Shown here one piece after another: positions 1 through 8,492 of a DNA stretch of 64,000 bases (positions within the stretch are counted from its first letter, which is position 1; every line of letters begins with the position of its first letter). A program made the position numbers and the translations under genes. Source of the DNA: a virus. The stretch lies in IMG/VR virus record IMGVR_UViG_3300020119_000126, positions 26,157 through 90,156 of that record; one strand, written 5' to 3'. The notes below the pieces were generated by a model. It was not told where the DNA came from and made no database searches. It was given only the letters and a program-made list of their open reading frames with translations.

Positions 1-659
1 ACCACAGTGCGATGTCCATTGCCAAAAGTAATGATCAGGGCATACTTATCACGGCCAAGAGTCATCAGACTGGTTTGGGCAGCCGGAAGTTCAACAGTGA
101 CTGTGTTAGCATTGGCATCCACTACCCCGACAAAGCTCTGACCTGAGACATTAAAGACGGCTTCAGCCGAGGTCAGGTCCAGACCGCTGAAGGTCCAGAT
201 GAGTGCCCGGTCTTCACTTTCATAATAGTCTGACCCCTGGAAGATTTCTGGAATATCCCCGGTCTCATTGACCATAGAAGTCAAGGTCACTTCCGTTGAG
301 AAAGCGAATGAGGTCAGAGTACGCGTAGCATACTCCCATACCTCAGCCGCCGTTAGACCTACCACTTCTGCCTGCACCTCAAACTCCTGGTCATAAGCCA
401 GACTTGAGGCCAGGGGGTCATCGACCAGAATGGCGATATAGTATGGCCCGGACTGAGTCACATTATCGGCTGGCAGGGTATAGGTGTATTGCAAGTTGGC
501 AGCATCCCAGGTCAGGACAGGCGTAGGCGTAATGACTGTCTGGTCAGGATAAAGGGCAGTGTCTACTGTTGGTGGCGAAGCTGGCTGGAAGCGAGTGCCA
601 TCCGACATTCGCCTGACCTGAAAGTTAAACAGCAGGGCCTGGTTCAGCGGATACGACAT
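1..659 (-). CDS. Partial virion/tail-associated protein (runs off the left window edge)
   Basis: Open frame read by eye from ATG at 659 (MSYPLNQALLFNFQVRRMSDG...) to the window edge with no stop; beta-rich sequence at the distal end of the late operon. Confidence 0.6.
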   Translation of the reverse strand, partial: MSYPLNQALLFNFQVRRMSDGTRFQPASPPTVDTALYPDQTVITPTPVLTWDAANLQYTYTLPADNVTQSGPYYIAILVDDPLASSLAYDQEFEVQAEVVGLTAAEVWEYATRTLTSFAFSTEVTLTSMVNETGDIPEIFQGSDYYESEDRALIWTFSGLDLTSAEAVFNVSGQSFVGVVDANANTVTVELPAAQTSLMTLGRDKYALIITFGNGHRTV

Positions 660-825
660 TTTCTTTCCAGTCTTCAAGCTGCGCAAAGGCCAACTGAGCG
701 CGGGCCTGCACGACACTATTATTCAACTGTTCGGGCACCAAGACGGCAGTAACAGTGACCCCGTACTGCTGGACCAGAGATTCCAGTGCCTTCTTAAAGG
801 CTTGCTGACGTTCTTCGATAGACAT
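625..825 (-). CDS. Hypothetical protein, 66 aa
   Basis: ORF track; AGGGG Shine-Dalgarno-like sequence upstream; co-oriented with the late operon. Confidence 0.65.
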   Translation of the reverse strand: MSIEERQQAFKKALESLVQQYGVTVTAVLVPEQLNNSVVQARAQLAFAQLEDWKENVVSAEPGPAV

Positions 826-828
826 GAA

Positions 829-1110
829 TTAACCCCTTGCAGCCAGGTTGGACAACGCGGCATAATTAGCCTGTAGTACAGGCAGGACGAGTGCGGTTAG
901 AACGTACATGCTGTCATTCAACTGTGAGTCGGTCAGGCCCGACAGTGAGGGTGTGGCATCTAGATTGGGTTGCGTGACCGTATTCTTGACATTGCCCAGG
1001 CCGTCGAAGTTGATATTGATCTTGTGCAGTAGCGCTTCCAGTTCTAGCGCCTTCCCTGCGGCTGCAATGCCGTTTGAGATAGTGTTGCTTTCGAGACTCG
1101 TGAGAGCCAT
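829..1110 (-). CDS. Hypothetical protein, 93 aa
   Basis: ORF track; GAAAGGT Shine-Dalgarno-like sequence upstream. Confidence 0.7.
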   Translation of the reverse strand: MALTSLESNTISNGIAAAGKALELEALLHKININFDGLGNVKNTVTQPNLDATPSLSGLTDSQLNDSMYVLTALVLPVLQANYAALSNLAARG

Positions 1111-1153
1111 TTGTCTTGACCTTTCTTATATGGCGGTAGTGCCATTTAATCGT

Positions 1154-2824
1154 TTATGTGTAAAGCGGAAGGTAACGCGCCGTGGTGCCATCCCATACTT
1201 TCAGCCACTTGGTAACTGTGGCTGTATTAGCAGGCGTACCACTCACATCATTGGTGAATGTTTCGGTACTGGCTGCGCCGGAGCCGGGGTCGCTGTGGAC
1301 GCGCACGCCGCCTGCTGCCGGGATAGACGCTTGAATAGTTCCACTTGTCCGAAGCTGAATAGGCTGTGCATCTGTCACGTAAATTTCAAAGGGAGCGCCA
1401 ATCGCGCCAGCCATTCTAAAGCTAGTACTGTCGCGAACGATGATGGCAAAAGTATCGCGAAACGCGAGAGATGAACTTGATCCAGCGGCAGGATCGATGG
1501 TGACTCGATGGTTTACTGGATCAAGGCTTAGCAAGTCAACTTCAGTGCCGATGTTGTAGGCGCTAAATGTCATAAGCGCATTGCGACTCGCATCCGTTGC
1601 CGTGGTCCAGATGGTGCGGATGTGGCCCATTGCCCGCTGCGTGTTAGTTGATGAGTGGCCGTCGAACTCAAGGCCAGTGCCAAAGCCAGCGGCGGGAGTG
1701 CCGGATGAGTTGTGTAATACTGTAAGCACGTTGGTTACGGTAGCGGTAGCAGCGTCTGTAGCGACTTCAGTGATTATCCCGCGAATGGCAACTGCATTAG
1801 CGGTATTGTTTGTTCCGATGACCACCGGGCCATTGGAGCCAGTTGCGATATTTACAGTACCGCCACCAGAGCTATTGTCGAAGCGACCCGATCCGTTGAT
1901 AAATATATTGGTGGAAACCTGAAGACTACCAACTATGTCCAGCGCTTGCGTTGGCGTGACCCCGATCCCCACGCGGCCATTCGTAGTATCCACGGTCAGC
2001 ACAGCAGTGCTACCGTCAGCCTTCGTGAGCTTGAGGGCCGTGGTAGAGTCGGCTAGTGGGGCGATGGTGGATAGAGCCAACACACCAGCAGAGGTAATCT
2101 TGACTTTACTAACACTACCTGTCTGAAAATCCGCCAGAAGCTTCGATCCAGCAGCGGCAAGCGCGTTTGTCTCAGTTACGTTGATTTGAAGTGCCGTGTA
2201 AGGCTGAGCGGCTGGTGCGGTCTGATTGATCTCAGGTTTGATGTTGACCATGATAAGCGAAGTGCTGCCAGCGGTAGCATTGTAGATGCCTGAGACTTCA
2301 ACCTGAGTCATGCCGTTTTGCGAAAAGGTATTTGCTGCCCCGCCGAAAATCGTTCTCAGACCAAAACCGGGCTGCACGGTCAGCGTTCCTGGTGAACTAA
2401 AGGTGCTTAGTGTGGCCCCGCCGCCATTACCCAGAGACAATCCCGTAGCGCCAATTCGAAAGGAGGCGATATTTGGGCTTAGCAAACCAGTGCCGTCAGC
2501 ATTAAGGTTGAGAAGGTCAACTTCAGTTCCGCTGTTGTTATACGTTGAGACAGCGAAGTTTACCGTTCGGCTGGCATCTGTAGCCGTACCCCAGGAGAAC
2601 CTAAAGCGCCCCATATCGCGACTTACTGTCGTGCTACTTTGACCCTTGAAGGCCAGCCCAGTTCCGTATGATGCGGCGGGGGTTCCGCTGGTGCTATGGT
2701 CCAGCACGAGGACGTTGGTGACGGCGGCGGTGGCGGTGTCGGTGTCGATGACGTGCAAACGAGCGGAAGGCGCGGCTGTTGTTGCGCCGCCTATTGACAC
2801 GAAGCCCGTCTTGTCGATGAACAT
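1154..2824 (-). CDS. Tail fibre protein, C-terminal part (in frame with 2834..3907 across one TAA)
   Basis: G/T/S/A-rich; fibre-type 'GRVGIGxxxPxxxLDI' motif; internal duplication of about 80 aa; no SD before ATG 2824. Confidence 0.7.
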   Translation of the reverse strand: MFIDKTGFVSIGGATTAAPSARLHVIDTDTATAAVTNVLVLDHSTSGTPAASYGTGLAFKGQSSTTVSRDMGRFRFSWGTATDASRTVNFAVSTYNNSGTEVDLLNLNADGTGLLSPNIASFRIGATGLSLGNGGGATLSTFSSPGTLTVQPGFGLRTIFGGAANTFSQNGMTQVEVSGIYNATAGSTSLIMVNIKPEINQTAPAAQPYTALQINVTETNALAAAGSKLLADFQTGSVSKVKITSAGVLALSTIAPLADSTTALKLTKADGSTAVLTVDTTNGRVGIGVTPTQALDIVGSLQVSTNIFINGSGRFDNSSGGGTVNIATGSNGPVVIGTNNTANAVAIRGIITEVATDAATATVTNVLTVLHNSSGTPAAGFGTGLEFDGHSSTNTQRAMGHIRTIWTTATDASRNALMTFSAYNIGTEVDLLSLDPVNHRVTIDPAAGSSSSLAFRDTFAIIVRDSTSFRMAGAIGAPFEIYVTDAQPIQLRTSGTIQASIPAAGGVRVHSDPGSGAASTETFTNDVSGTPANTATVTKWLKVWDGTTARYLPLYT

Positions 2825-2833
2825 GTTAACGGT

Positions 2834-3907
2834 TTAGGTTGACCCGCTTGGCGTGCCAGAAATGAAACGGATTTGCCCTTCGCCTTGTACGGGGGTAGTA
2901 GGATAACCTGCCGTCAGAAAAATATTGCCGCGTTGAGTGCTGGCCGCACTAAACGCATTGCCGCGTGCGCCGAAATACGGGCCATTTGTGTTCAGGAAGC
3001 CCGTACCATACCCGGCAACCATAAACCCAAATGTGTTGTTGACGGCCCCAGTTGATGTACTGCCTACATAAATGACATTTACAGACGTGCCACTAGCTTG
3101 ATTGAGAAGTAGACCGCTACGTGTCTCAACAATATCACTTGCGCTAACAAGCAGGCCAGCCAACGTATTGCCGCCACGATTCAAGGTCAGGTAGGAGTTG
3201 GAGGTATCGTAAAAGAGCGACCCCTCAAGGGTTGACCCGTTGAAAAGAGAGACTGACGGAAACGTAAACCCGGCGCGATCAACCCTTACGCCCTGCGAGT
3301 TTCCGTCATTAAAGACATGAAACTTGCCAGTGGGAGTTCCGCCGATCCCGATCCGGCTGTTCGTCGTATCCACGGTTAGCACTGCCGTAGTGCCATCGGC
3401 CTTCGTGAGCTTCAAGGCTGTAGTGGAATCAGCGGAAGGCGCAAGGATTGGCCCGACAAATCGGGTCGTAGCGGTGATAATGGTGCCCGTAATCGCCGCT
3501 GGCGTCGTATTGCCAATGGCGGGTGGCGCAGCGAAGTCACTCAGCAGGCTTACTGTTCCGGCTTTATCAGGCAGGACATACACCCTATCCGCCGTGTTGC
3601 TGGTACCGTCGAAGGTGCGGACGAAGCCGTTCGTCCCCTTCCAGCTAAAGCGATTGCTGCTGTCAATGTAAATCCGACTGGCGGCGGTAGGCGTACCCGG
3701 CGCAGTGCTATTAGCAAGCTCAAGGTAGTCGCTAATGGTAGGGTGAGCGATAGTCGGTCCCGTCGCCAGCACGACACTGCCGCTGCCTGTCGTTGGTGCA
3801 GCCGAAGCAGCCGTGACACGGCCCTTGGCATCAATGGTGATGGTAGCCAGCACCACAGTAGCAGGTGTAACGATATTAGGCAGGATATTGAGCGAGCTAC
3901 CAGGCAT
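2834..3907 (-). CDS. Tail fibre protein, N-terminal part
   Basis: 'ITIDAKGRVTAA', 'GSGSVVLATGPTI' and 'RIGIGGTPTGKFHV' fibre motifs; shares the TTALKLTKADGxTAVLTVDTTN repeat with the downstream ORF. Confidence 0.7.
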   Translation of the reverse strand: MPGSSLNILPNIVTPATVVLATITIDAKGRVTAASAAPTTGSGSVVLATGPTIAHPTISDYLELANSTAPGTPTAASRIYIDSSNRFSWKGTNGFVRTFDGTSNTADRVYVLPDKAGTVSLLSDFAAPPAIGNTTPAAITGTIITATTRFVGPILAPSADSTTALKLTKADGTTAVLTVDTTNSRIGIGGTPTGKFHVFNDGNSQGVRVDRAGFTFPSVSLFNGSTLEGSLFYDTSNSYLTLNRGGNTLAGLLVSASDIVETRSGLLLNQASGTSVNVIYVGSTSTGAVNNTFGFMVAGYGTGFLNTNGPYFGARGNAFSAASTQRGNIFLTAGYPTTPVQGEGQIRFISGTPSGST

Positions 3908-3908
3908 A

Positions 3909-5081
3909 CTAGACCTTCTTCAGATATTCAGACTTGATCCACGCCGGGAGTAGAACTTGCGTCCAGCCAGACTGGTCGCCTACCGCTTCTATCTGTTCGC
4001 CTGTATTCATCATCTTGATGATGGTGCCATTAGGGGTCAGGCGAACACGAACAGGACCATCCACTACTTCGGCTGTGCCGTAAATAGGTTCTGGCTGCTT
4101 TGTCTGGACAAAGAGGCATTGCCTGCCGTAGCCCATGTCAGTCAGCGCCTTATCGACCTGACCTGTTGGTACAACGAGGCTTTTGCCGCTATTAGGTGCC
4201 CAATAGTCAGGGTCATGAATAATAAAATTATCCTGATCGTCGTATCCTATAACGACAAAAAAGTGCCCATCACTGCCCGGCACCCTATCAGCCTGATCCA
4301 GTCGGCCTAGAATATCCCTATAAGCGACAAGACAAATAACAGGTCGGCCTGCATCAATCTCTGCCTTGATAGTGGGAATAGCGACGTTGCTCACGGTCTT
4401 GGTGGTCAGGTTATAGAGGCCAGCCAGAGTCACAAGCTGCGGCACGGTTAGACCCGCATCGGTATAGCGCAGTGGCGTGTCCATACTCAGGCGGTCAACT
4501 GTGGCATTAGACTTATTGTAGAAAGCTAACAGCATGGCTACGCAGGCGACTCCACAGTCGTTTCTACGGCCATTAGCTCCAATGCCCCATTGTGTGATGT
4601 AAGGTACGTTGAGAGTGACCACTTTAGATTCCTTTGGCAAAACTTGAATGAATTGATTATCCATTGCAGCTAGACCCTGGCTAAGATGCTCTGGCGTGAT
4701 ATCTTGACGGCCAATATTCGGATCAATGATGGTAAAATTCGGCGTGCCGAACCCAATCACGACGATAGCGTGTGGTCCATACCAATCTACAGCCACAATG
4801 ACTGGTCTACCTTGACGCAGTTCTGACCTGAGATAATCCAGGGTCAGGCCAATGCCATAAGTCACAGGCACGCCCTGGCTGGTGATGAAGTCGGAGAGGT
4901 CCATCAGGTAGACCCCTGTATCTGCCTTTGGCATCAGACGGGCACTAATCTGATCTACAGTTATAGTAAGTTTGCTATAAAACTTCAGCAGCATAGCCGC
5001 GCAGGTCGGGGCACAGTCATTGATGAACTTACCTGCATCGGGTTCGGTTTGCAGGAGCACAGGGACATTGATAATGGTCAT
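3909..5081 (-). CDS. Tandem C39-like (papain-fold) cysteine peptidase with C-terminal SH3b-like domain; probable endolysin or cell-wall hydrolase
   Basis: Two copies of Q..NDCxxxCxAM / HxxVVIG / IxDP; C-terminal 'VRVRLTPNG...GWTQV...WIKSEYL' resembles SH3b. Confidence 0.7.
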   Translation of the reverse strand: MTIINVPVLLQTEPDAGKFINDCAPTCAAMLLKFYSKLTITVDQISARLMPKADTGVYLMDLSDFITSQGVPVTYGIGLTLDYLRSELRQGRPVIVAVDWYGPHAIVVIGFGTPNFTIIDPNIGRQDITPEHLSQGLAAMDNQFIQVLPKESKVVTLNVPYITQWGIGANGRRNDCGVACVAMLLAFYNKSNATVDRLSMDTPLRYTDAGLTVPQLVTLAGLYNLTTKTVSNVAIPTIKAEIDAGRPVICLVAYRDILGRLDQADRVPGSDGHFFVVIGYDDQDNFIIHDPDYWAPNSGKSLVVPTGQVDKALTDMGYGRQCLFVQTKQPEPIYGTAEVVDGPVRVRLTPNGTIIKMMNTGEQIEAVGDQSGWTQVLLPAWIKSEYLKKV

Positions 5082-5803
5082 GCGGCTGCTAAGCCGTATT
5101 CATCGTTGAAATAGTTGGATATATCAGCTTGCTCTGTAGAATTTAGAGCCTTATTGAATAAAGCAAGTTCAGCAAACTGACCAGAAAAGACCGCAGTGAA
5201 TCCAGTGTTAGGGCCAAAGCCAACATACAAGGACGTGTTACACGTGTTAACTGACAGGCCAGAACTTGCTTGAGAGGCCAGATTTGAACCTCTATAGAGA
5301 GTGCCAGAACTCAATATCCCGTAGATCAAGTACCAGGCACCTGTTGATACAGAGACACCGCTACTGTTTGTATTCCAGATGTCCACGTAGGCTGACGAGG
5401 ATTGCACGGTCCACTGCCACATCTGGTCGTTACTAAAGGTGCAGCCCCAACCCAAGAAACTAGCTCTGGTGCTCACATCAGAAAACTTCACAATGGCATA
5501 CATCGAGCGGGCAGCAGAGCCAGAGATACCAATGTTGCCTGATGTAGCCATATAACTACTGCCCCAGGTCAGAGCAGGTTTACCGTTAATTTGATTGGTG
5601 TGGTAAGTTGCTGTCGCGCCGCTCAAGCCAAAGCCGTTGCCAGCGCTATCGGCCCACGTTGTTGTTGTAGCTCCATCGGCCAGGGCAAGACTGCTGGCTT
5701 TATACCAGGCATAAACGCCAATATCAGCGGGCGTCCTGAGATAACTCAGCGCTTTAGGGTCAATAGGGCCTGGATTACGAGAGCGAGTTCGCTGAGTAGG
5801 CAT
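5078..5803 (-). CDS. LamG/concanavalin A-like domain virion protein (possible receptor-binding protein)
   Basis: 'AWYKAS...WADSAGNG...INGKPAL' and 'FSGQFAELALFNKAL..EQ..ISNY' LamG motifs. Confidence 0.75.
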   Translation of the reverse strand: MPTQRTRSRNPGPIDPKALSYLRTPADIGVYAWYKASSLALADGATTTTWADSAGNGFGLSGATATYHTNQINGKPALTWGSSYMATSGNIGISGSAARSMYAIVKFSDVSTRASFLGWGCTFSNDQMWQWTVQSSSAYVDIWNTNSSGVSVSTGAWYLIYGILSSGTLYRGSNLASQASSGLSVNTCNTSLYVGFGPNTGFTAVFSGQFAELALFNKALNSTEQADISNYFNDEYGLAAA

Positions 5804-6153
5804 TAAGTAATCCTGTTCACGAAGCCACTGATGACGATAACGTTGGCTGTCGCGCAGTATGCTTTGACAACCAGTGAATTTTGCAGCAATTCACCAGATA
5901 CCACCAAAACCTTGCCTTCTCGTGGTGCAAGTGTTAAAGCTATATCATCATCAGGTGAAGTGGTTCCACCCCATTGAATAATCAGTTCGCGATTGGCGGT
6001 ATCAGTATTAACGGCATATAACCATATTTCATCAAGGTCAGATGTTCCGCTGACCGCCGTATGTATCGTGGTTCCCGGCGAAGATGTGGCTGCAACCTTA
6101 ATTTGCTTGCCATTGGTGCTGCCGCTCAGTGGATATTTTGTGTATGTCGCCAT
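5803..6153 (-). CDS. Small virion/tail protein
   Basis: 'LSGSTNGKQIKVAAT..GTTIHTA..DEIWLYA..ISGFVNRI' resembles a common phage tail-associated family. Confidence 0.65.
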   Translation of the reverse strand: MATYTKYPLSGSTNGKQIKVAATSSPGTTIHTAVSGTSDLDEIWLYAVNTDTANRELIIQWGGTTSPDDDIALTLAPREGKVLVVSGELLQNSLVVKAYCATANVIVISGFVNRIT

Positions 6154-7290
6154 TTAACTAAAGACCTGCACTTCTAGAATACTTCCGCCACCACCTGTAC
6201 CGAAGTCGAGTTGAGCAACGCCACCACCAAGGTCAGTCAATGTCCCATTGGTCACATGGATTTCTGTGGCAGTGACCGAAGGGGTACCATCCTGCTCTTG
6301 GACAATGACTGATGTTGCGCCTGCTGTGTTGGTCAGTTCAATCCATAGGGCTGCCCCGACTGAAGCGCTAAAACAGGCGTAAAGCCGCGAGTGTGTCTGA
6401 TCCCACCAGAATGATTTATTGCTATAGCCTGCGCTAGAGTCGTCGCTTACCGAGGGGGCCGACGAAGCGCCAAAGTTACATTTAATGGCAGTTAGCGCAC
6501 CATTGGCCGATGCTTGCTGAATGAGTCCTGGTCCACTGCTGGATGACAGGTCACTGCCTGTACCGCCACGAGCTTGACCTAGTTGACCTGTGGTAAGTTT
6601 GGACGTATCCAGATTAGGGATGTCGCCAGAAGCCAAGGCTGCTACTGTGACATTCGCGCCTGTGGTCGCTTGCTTGAGAAAGCCAGCACCAGTGGCAGAC
6701 AGGTCAGCATTAGTGCCGCCTGCGGAAAGCGCCACTTTGGTCATCGGCGTGGCCGTCACCCAGGCAGTCCAACCTGACTTATTCCACTTAATATCAACTG
6801 ACCTGACCCGGACTGATTTGACCGTTGAACTGACATAAGGTAGAACACTACCTGCAATCATCAGATTGACTGCACCAGTTTCGGCAGTATCATCAGCTAC
6901 TTCAAACTCAAGGGTAACTGGTGTATCAACCCCCACTGTACAACGAGCCAGGAAGCCACCCAGGACAGGAATGATGGTCAGGTTAGAAGGAGCCAGGGCA
7001 TTCGTCGAGGTTGAACTGGTATTGCCTGCGGCTTGAGGATTGGCGTAGGAACCTATCACTATCCAGCGGGCTGTGCGGGGAGAGCGAATGAGGACTACGC
7101 GGTCATTCTGCTGTAGGGTTAGACCTTTGGCCGCATAAGCTGATTGATATTTATTGCCTTCAAGTTTGACACGCACCTCAGAAGTAGCAACAGAAATAAC
7201 GGTGCCTTCTTTAACCAGAACCTCAAGAGCGTCATCAACCAGTTTGCGAGTAGCATCAACGTCTGTCTTGTTGTAGAAGGTCTTTCTCAT
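6154..7290 (-). CDS. Tail tip/fibre-associated protein (OB-like N-terminus, FN3-like segment, fibre repeats)
   Basis: ORF track; 'GGTG' fibre repeats; position in the tail module. Confidence 0.6.
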   Translation of the reverse strand: MRKTFYNKTDVDATRKLVDDALEVLVKEGTVISVATSEVRVKLEGNKYQSAYAAKGLTLQQNDRVVLIRSPRTARWIVIGSYANPQAAGNTSSTSTNALAPSNLTIIPVLGGFLARCTVGVDTPVTLEFEVADDTAETGAVNLMIAGSVLPYVSSTVKSVRVRSVDIKWNKSGWTAWVTATPMTKVALSAGGTNADLSATGAGFLKQATTGANVTVAALASGDIPNLDTSKLTTGQLGQARGGTGSDLSSSSGPGLIQQASANGALTAIKCNFGASSAPSVSDDSSAGYSNKSFWWDQTHSRLYACFSASVGAALWIELTNTAGATSVIVQEQDGTPSVTATEIHVTNGTLTDLGGGVAQLDFGTGGGGSILEVQVFS

Positions 7291-8492
7291 GGTTCGCCGT
7301 AGAAATACTTTCGTCCTGTACCACTCACCCGGAAGGTACCTGCTTCACTTGACCAGTTCAGGCTATCAACGATATAGCTGGTCGTACCAGCATTCAGGTC
7401 AGAAATAGCCAGACGGTCTTCTAGTTCAAGTAAGACTAGGCCAAAACTGTCAAAGCGTGCTTGAAAGGCTTGCTCTTTGGAGCGAATCAGCATCTCTAGG
7501 CCGATGGCATAGCAATCATCAGCATTCCAGGCCGAGGTATTCTGAAGTTCCTTAAAGCGGGTCTTATAACCCCTGACCATGTCATAGTCAAAGACCCGCA
7601 CCCAATGGAATGCCCCAAGCACTCGCGCCTCAGTAAAGATTTGCCGAATATCAATAACCTCATTGATATAGAACTGCTTGGAACGGGTCAGAGATAAGCT
7701 GACTGACCTGGCTTTAGGTTTCCAGACCTTCAACTTCCCATTCCAGCGCATCCAATATTTAATATAGCGATCCTCAATCGCCCGCTGAATGGCACCAATA
7801 GGCGCTTCACCAGGATCGAGACTGCTGATAGTGATAATCTCACCCAGGTTTGCCACGCGAATATCGCTGAAGATAAGCTCGCCTGCCGATAGGTTCTGAG
7901 CCACCATGAGACCCATCTTAAGGAGTGATGAACTGGCGCTATTATCAGCAATAGTCGCCACCAGTTCATCGTTGACCCATACTGAGATATAGAGTGTGCG
8001 CAGTGGCGAGTCAGAAGATGCTTGAGCATCACGCACGGCAATTCGCGCTCGACCCCAATCAACTATCTCAAGGCCCGATAGCTCCTTCTCATAAAGCATA
8101 GAGGTAATGCCATCGACGCCTTTCATCAGAGAAAGATAGCCACCTGAGTCATACTTCACCCGATACCAGTTATTATTGCCATCTGACCTGATATAAATCC
8201 CCCACACGCCGACATGAAAGGTAAAGTCAATAACATAGGAGTGAGGCATGTTGTCGCTGTACCACACGATAGAGTCAGCCACGGCAGCCGTAGTCGTGAT
8301 GTCATTGCTATTCACGTCGATATGTAGACTGTCGGGTGTCCACTTCAGAGCATCGAAGGTATTGATAGTGTCCTCGAACTCAAAGCCGTGCAGTCCAGCA
8401 AAGGCCGCATACTTCTGAAAAACGCCTTCAATAGTCAGGGCATCGGCGTTGTCAGACATGTCAAACGAGTAGAAGCTGGCTACACTGGTCAT
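7287..8492 (-). CDS. Tail tip/baseplate hub-like protein
   Basis: 401 aa; lectin-like N-terminal part; C-terminal 'LELEDRLAI...YIVDSLNW' resembles hub C-termini. Confidence 0.55.
   Translation of the reverse strand: MTSVASFYSFDMSDNADALTIEGVFQKYAAFAGLHGFEFEDTINTFDALKWTPDSLHIDVNSNDITTTAAVADSIVWYSDNMPHSYVIDFTFHVGVWGIYIRSDGNNNWYRVKYDSGGYLSLMKGVDGITSMLYEKELSGLEIVDWGRARIAVRDAQASSDSPLRTLYISVWVNDELVATIADNSASSSLLKMGLMVAQNLSAGELIFSDIRVANLGEIITISSLDPGEAPIGAIQRAIEDRYIKYWMRWNGKLKVWKPKARSVSLSLTRSKQFYINEVIDIRQIFTEARVLGAFHWVRVFDYDMVRGYKTRFKELQNTSAWNADDCYAIGLEMLIRSKEQAFQARFDSFGLVLLELEDRLAISDLNAGTTSYIVDSLNWSSEAGTFRVSGTGRKYFYGEP

Noticed and set aside
1154-5803. Diversity-generating retroelement acting on the fibre/LamG genes
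   Set aside because: The repeats are diverged at many non-adenine positions, there is no near-identical TR/VR pair, and no reverse transcriptase is present in the window.
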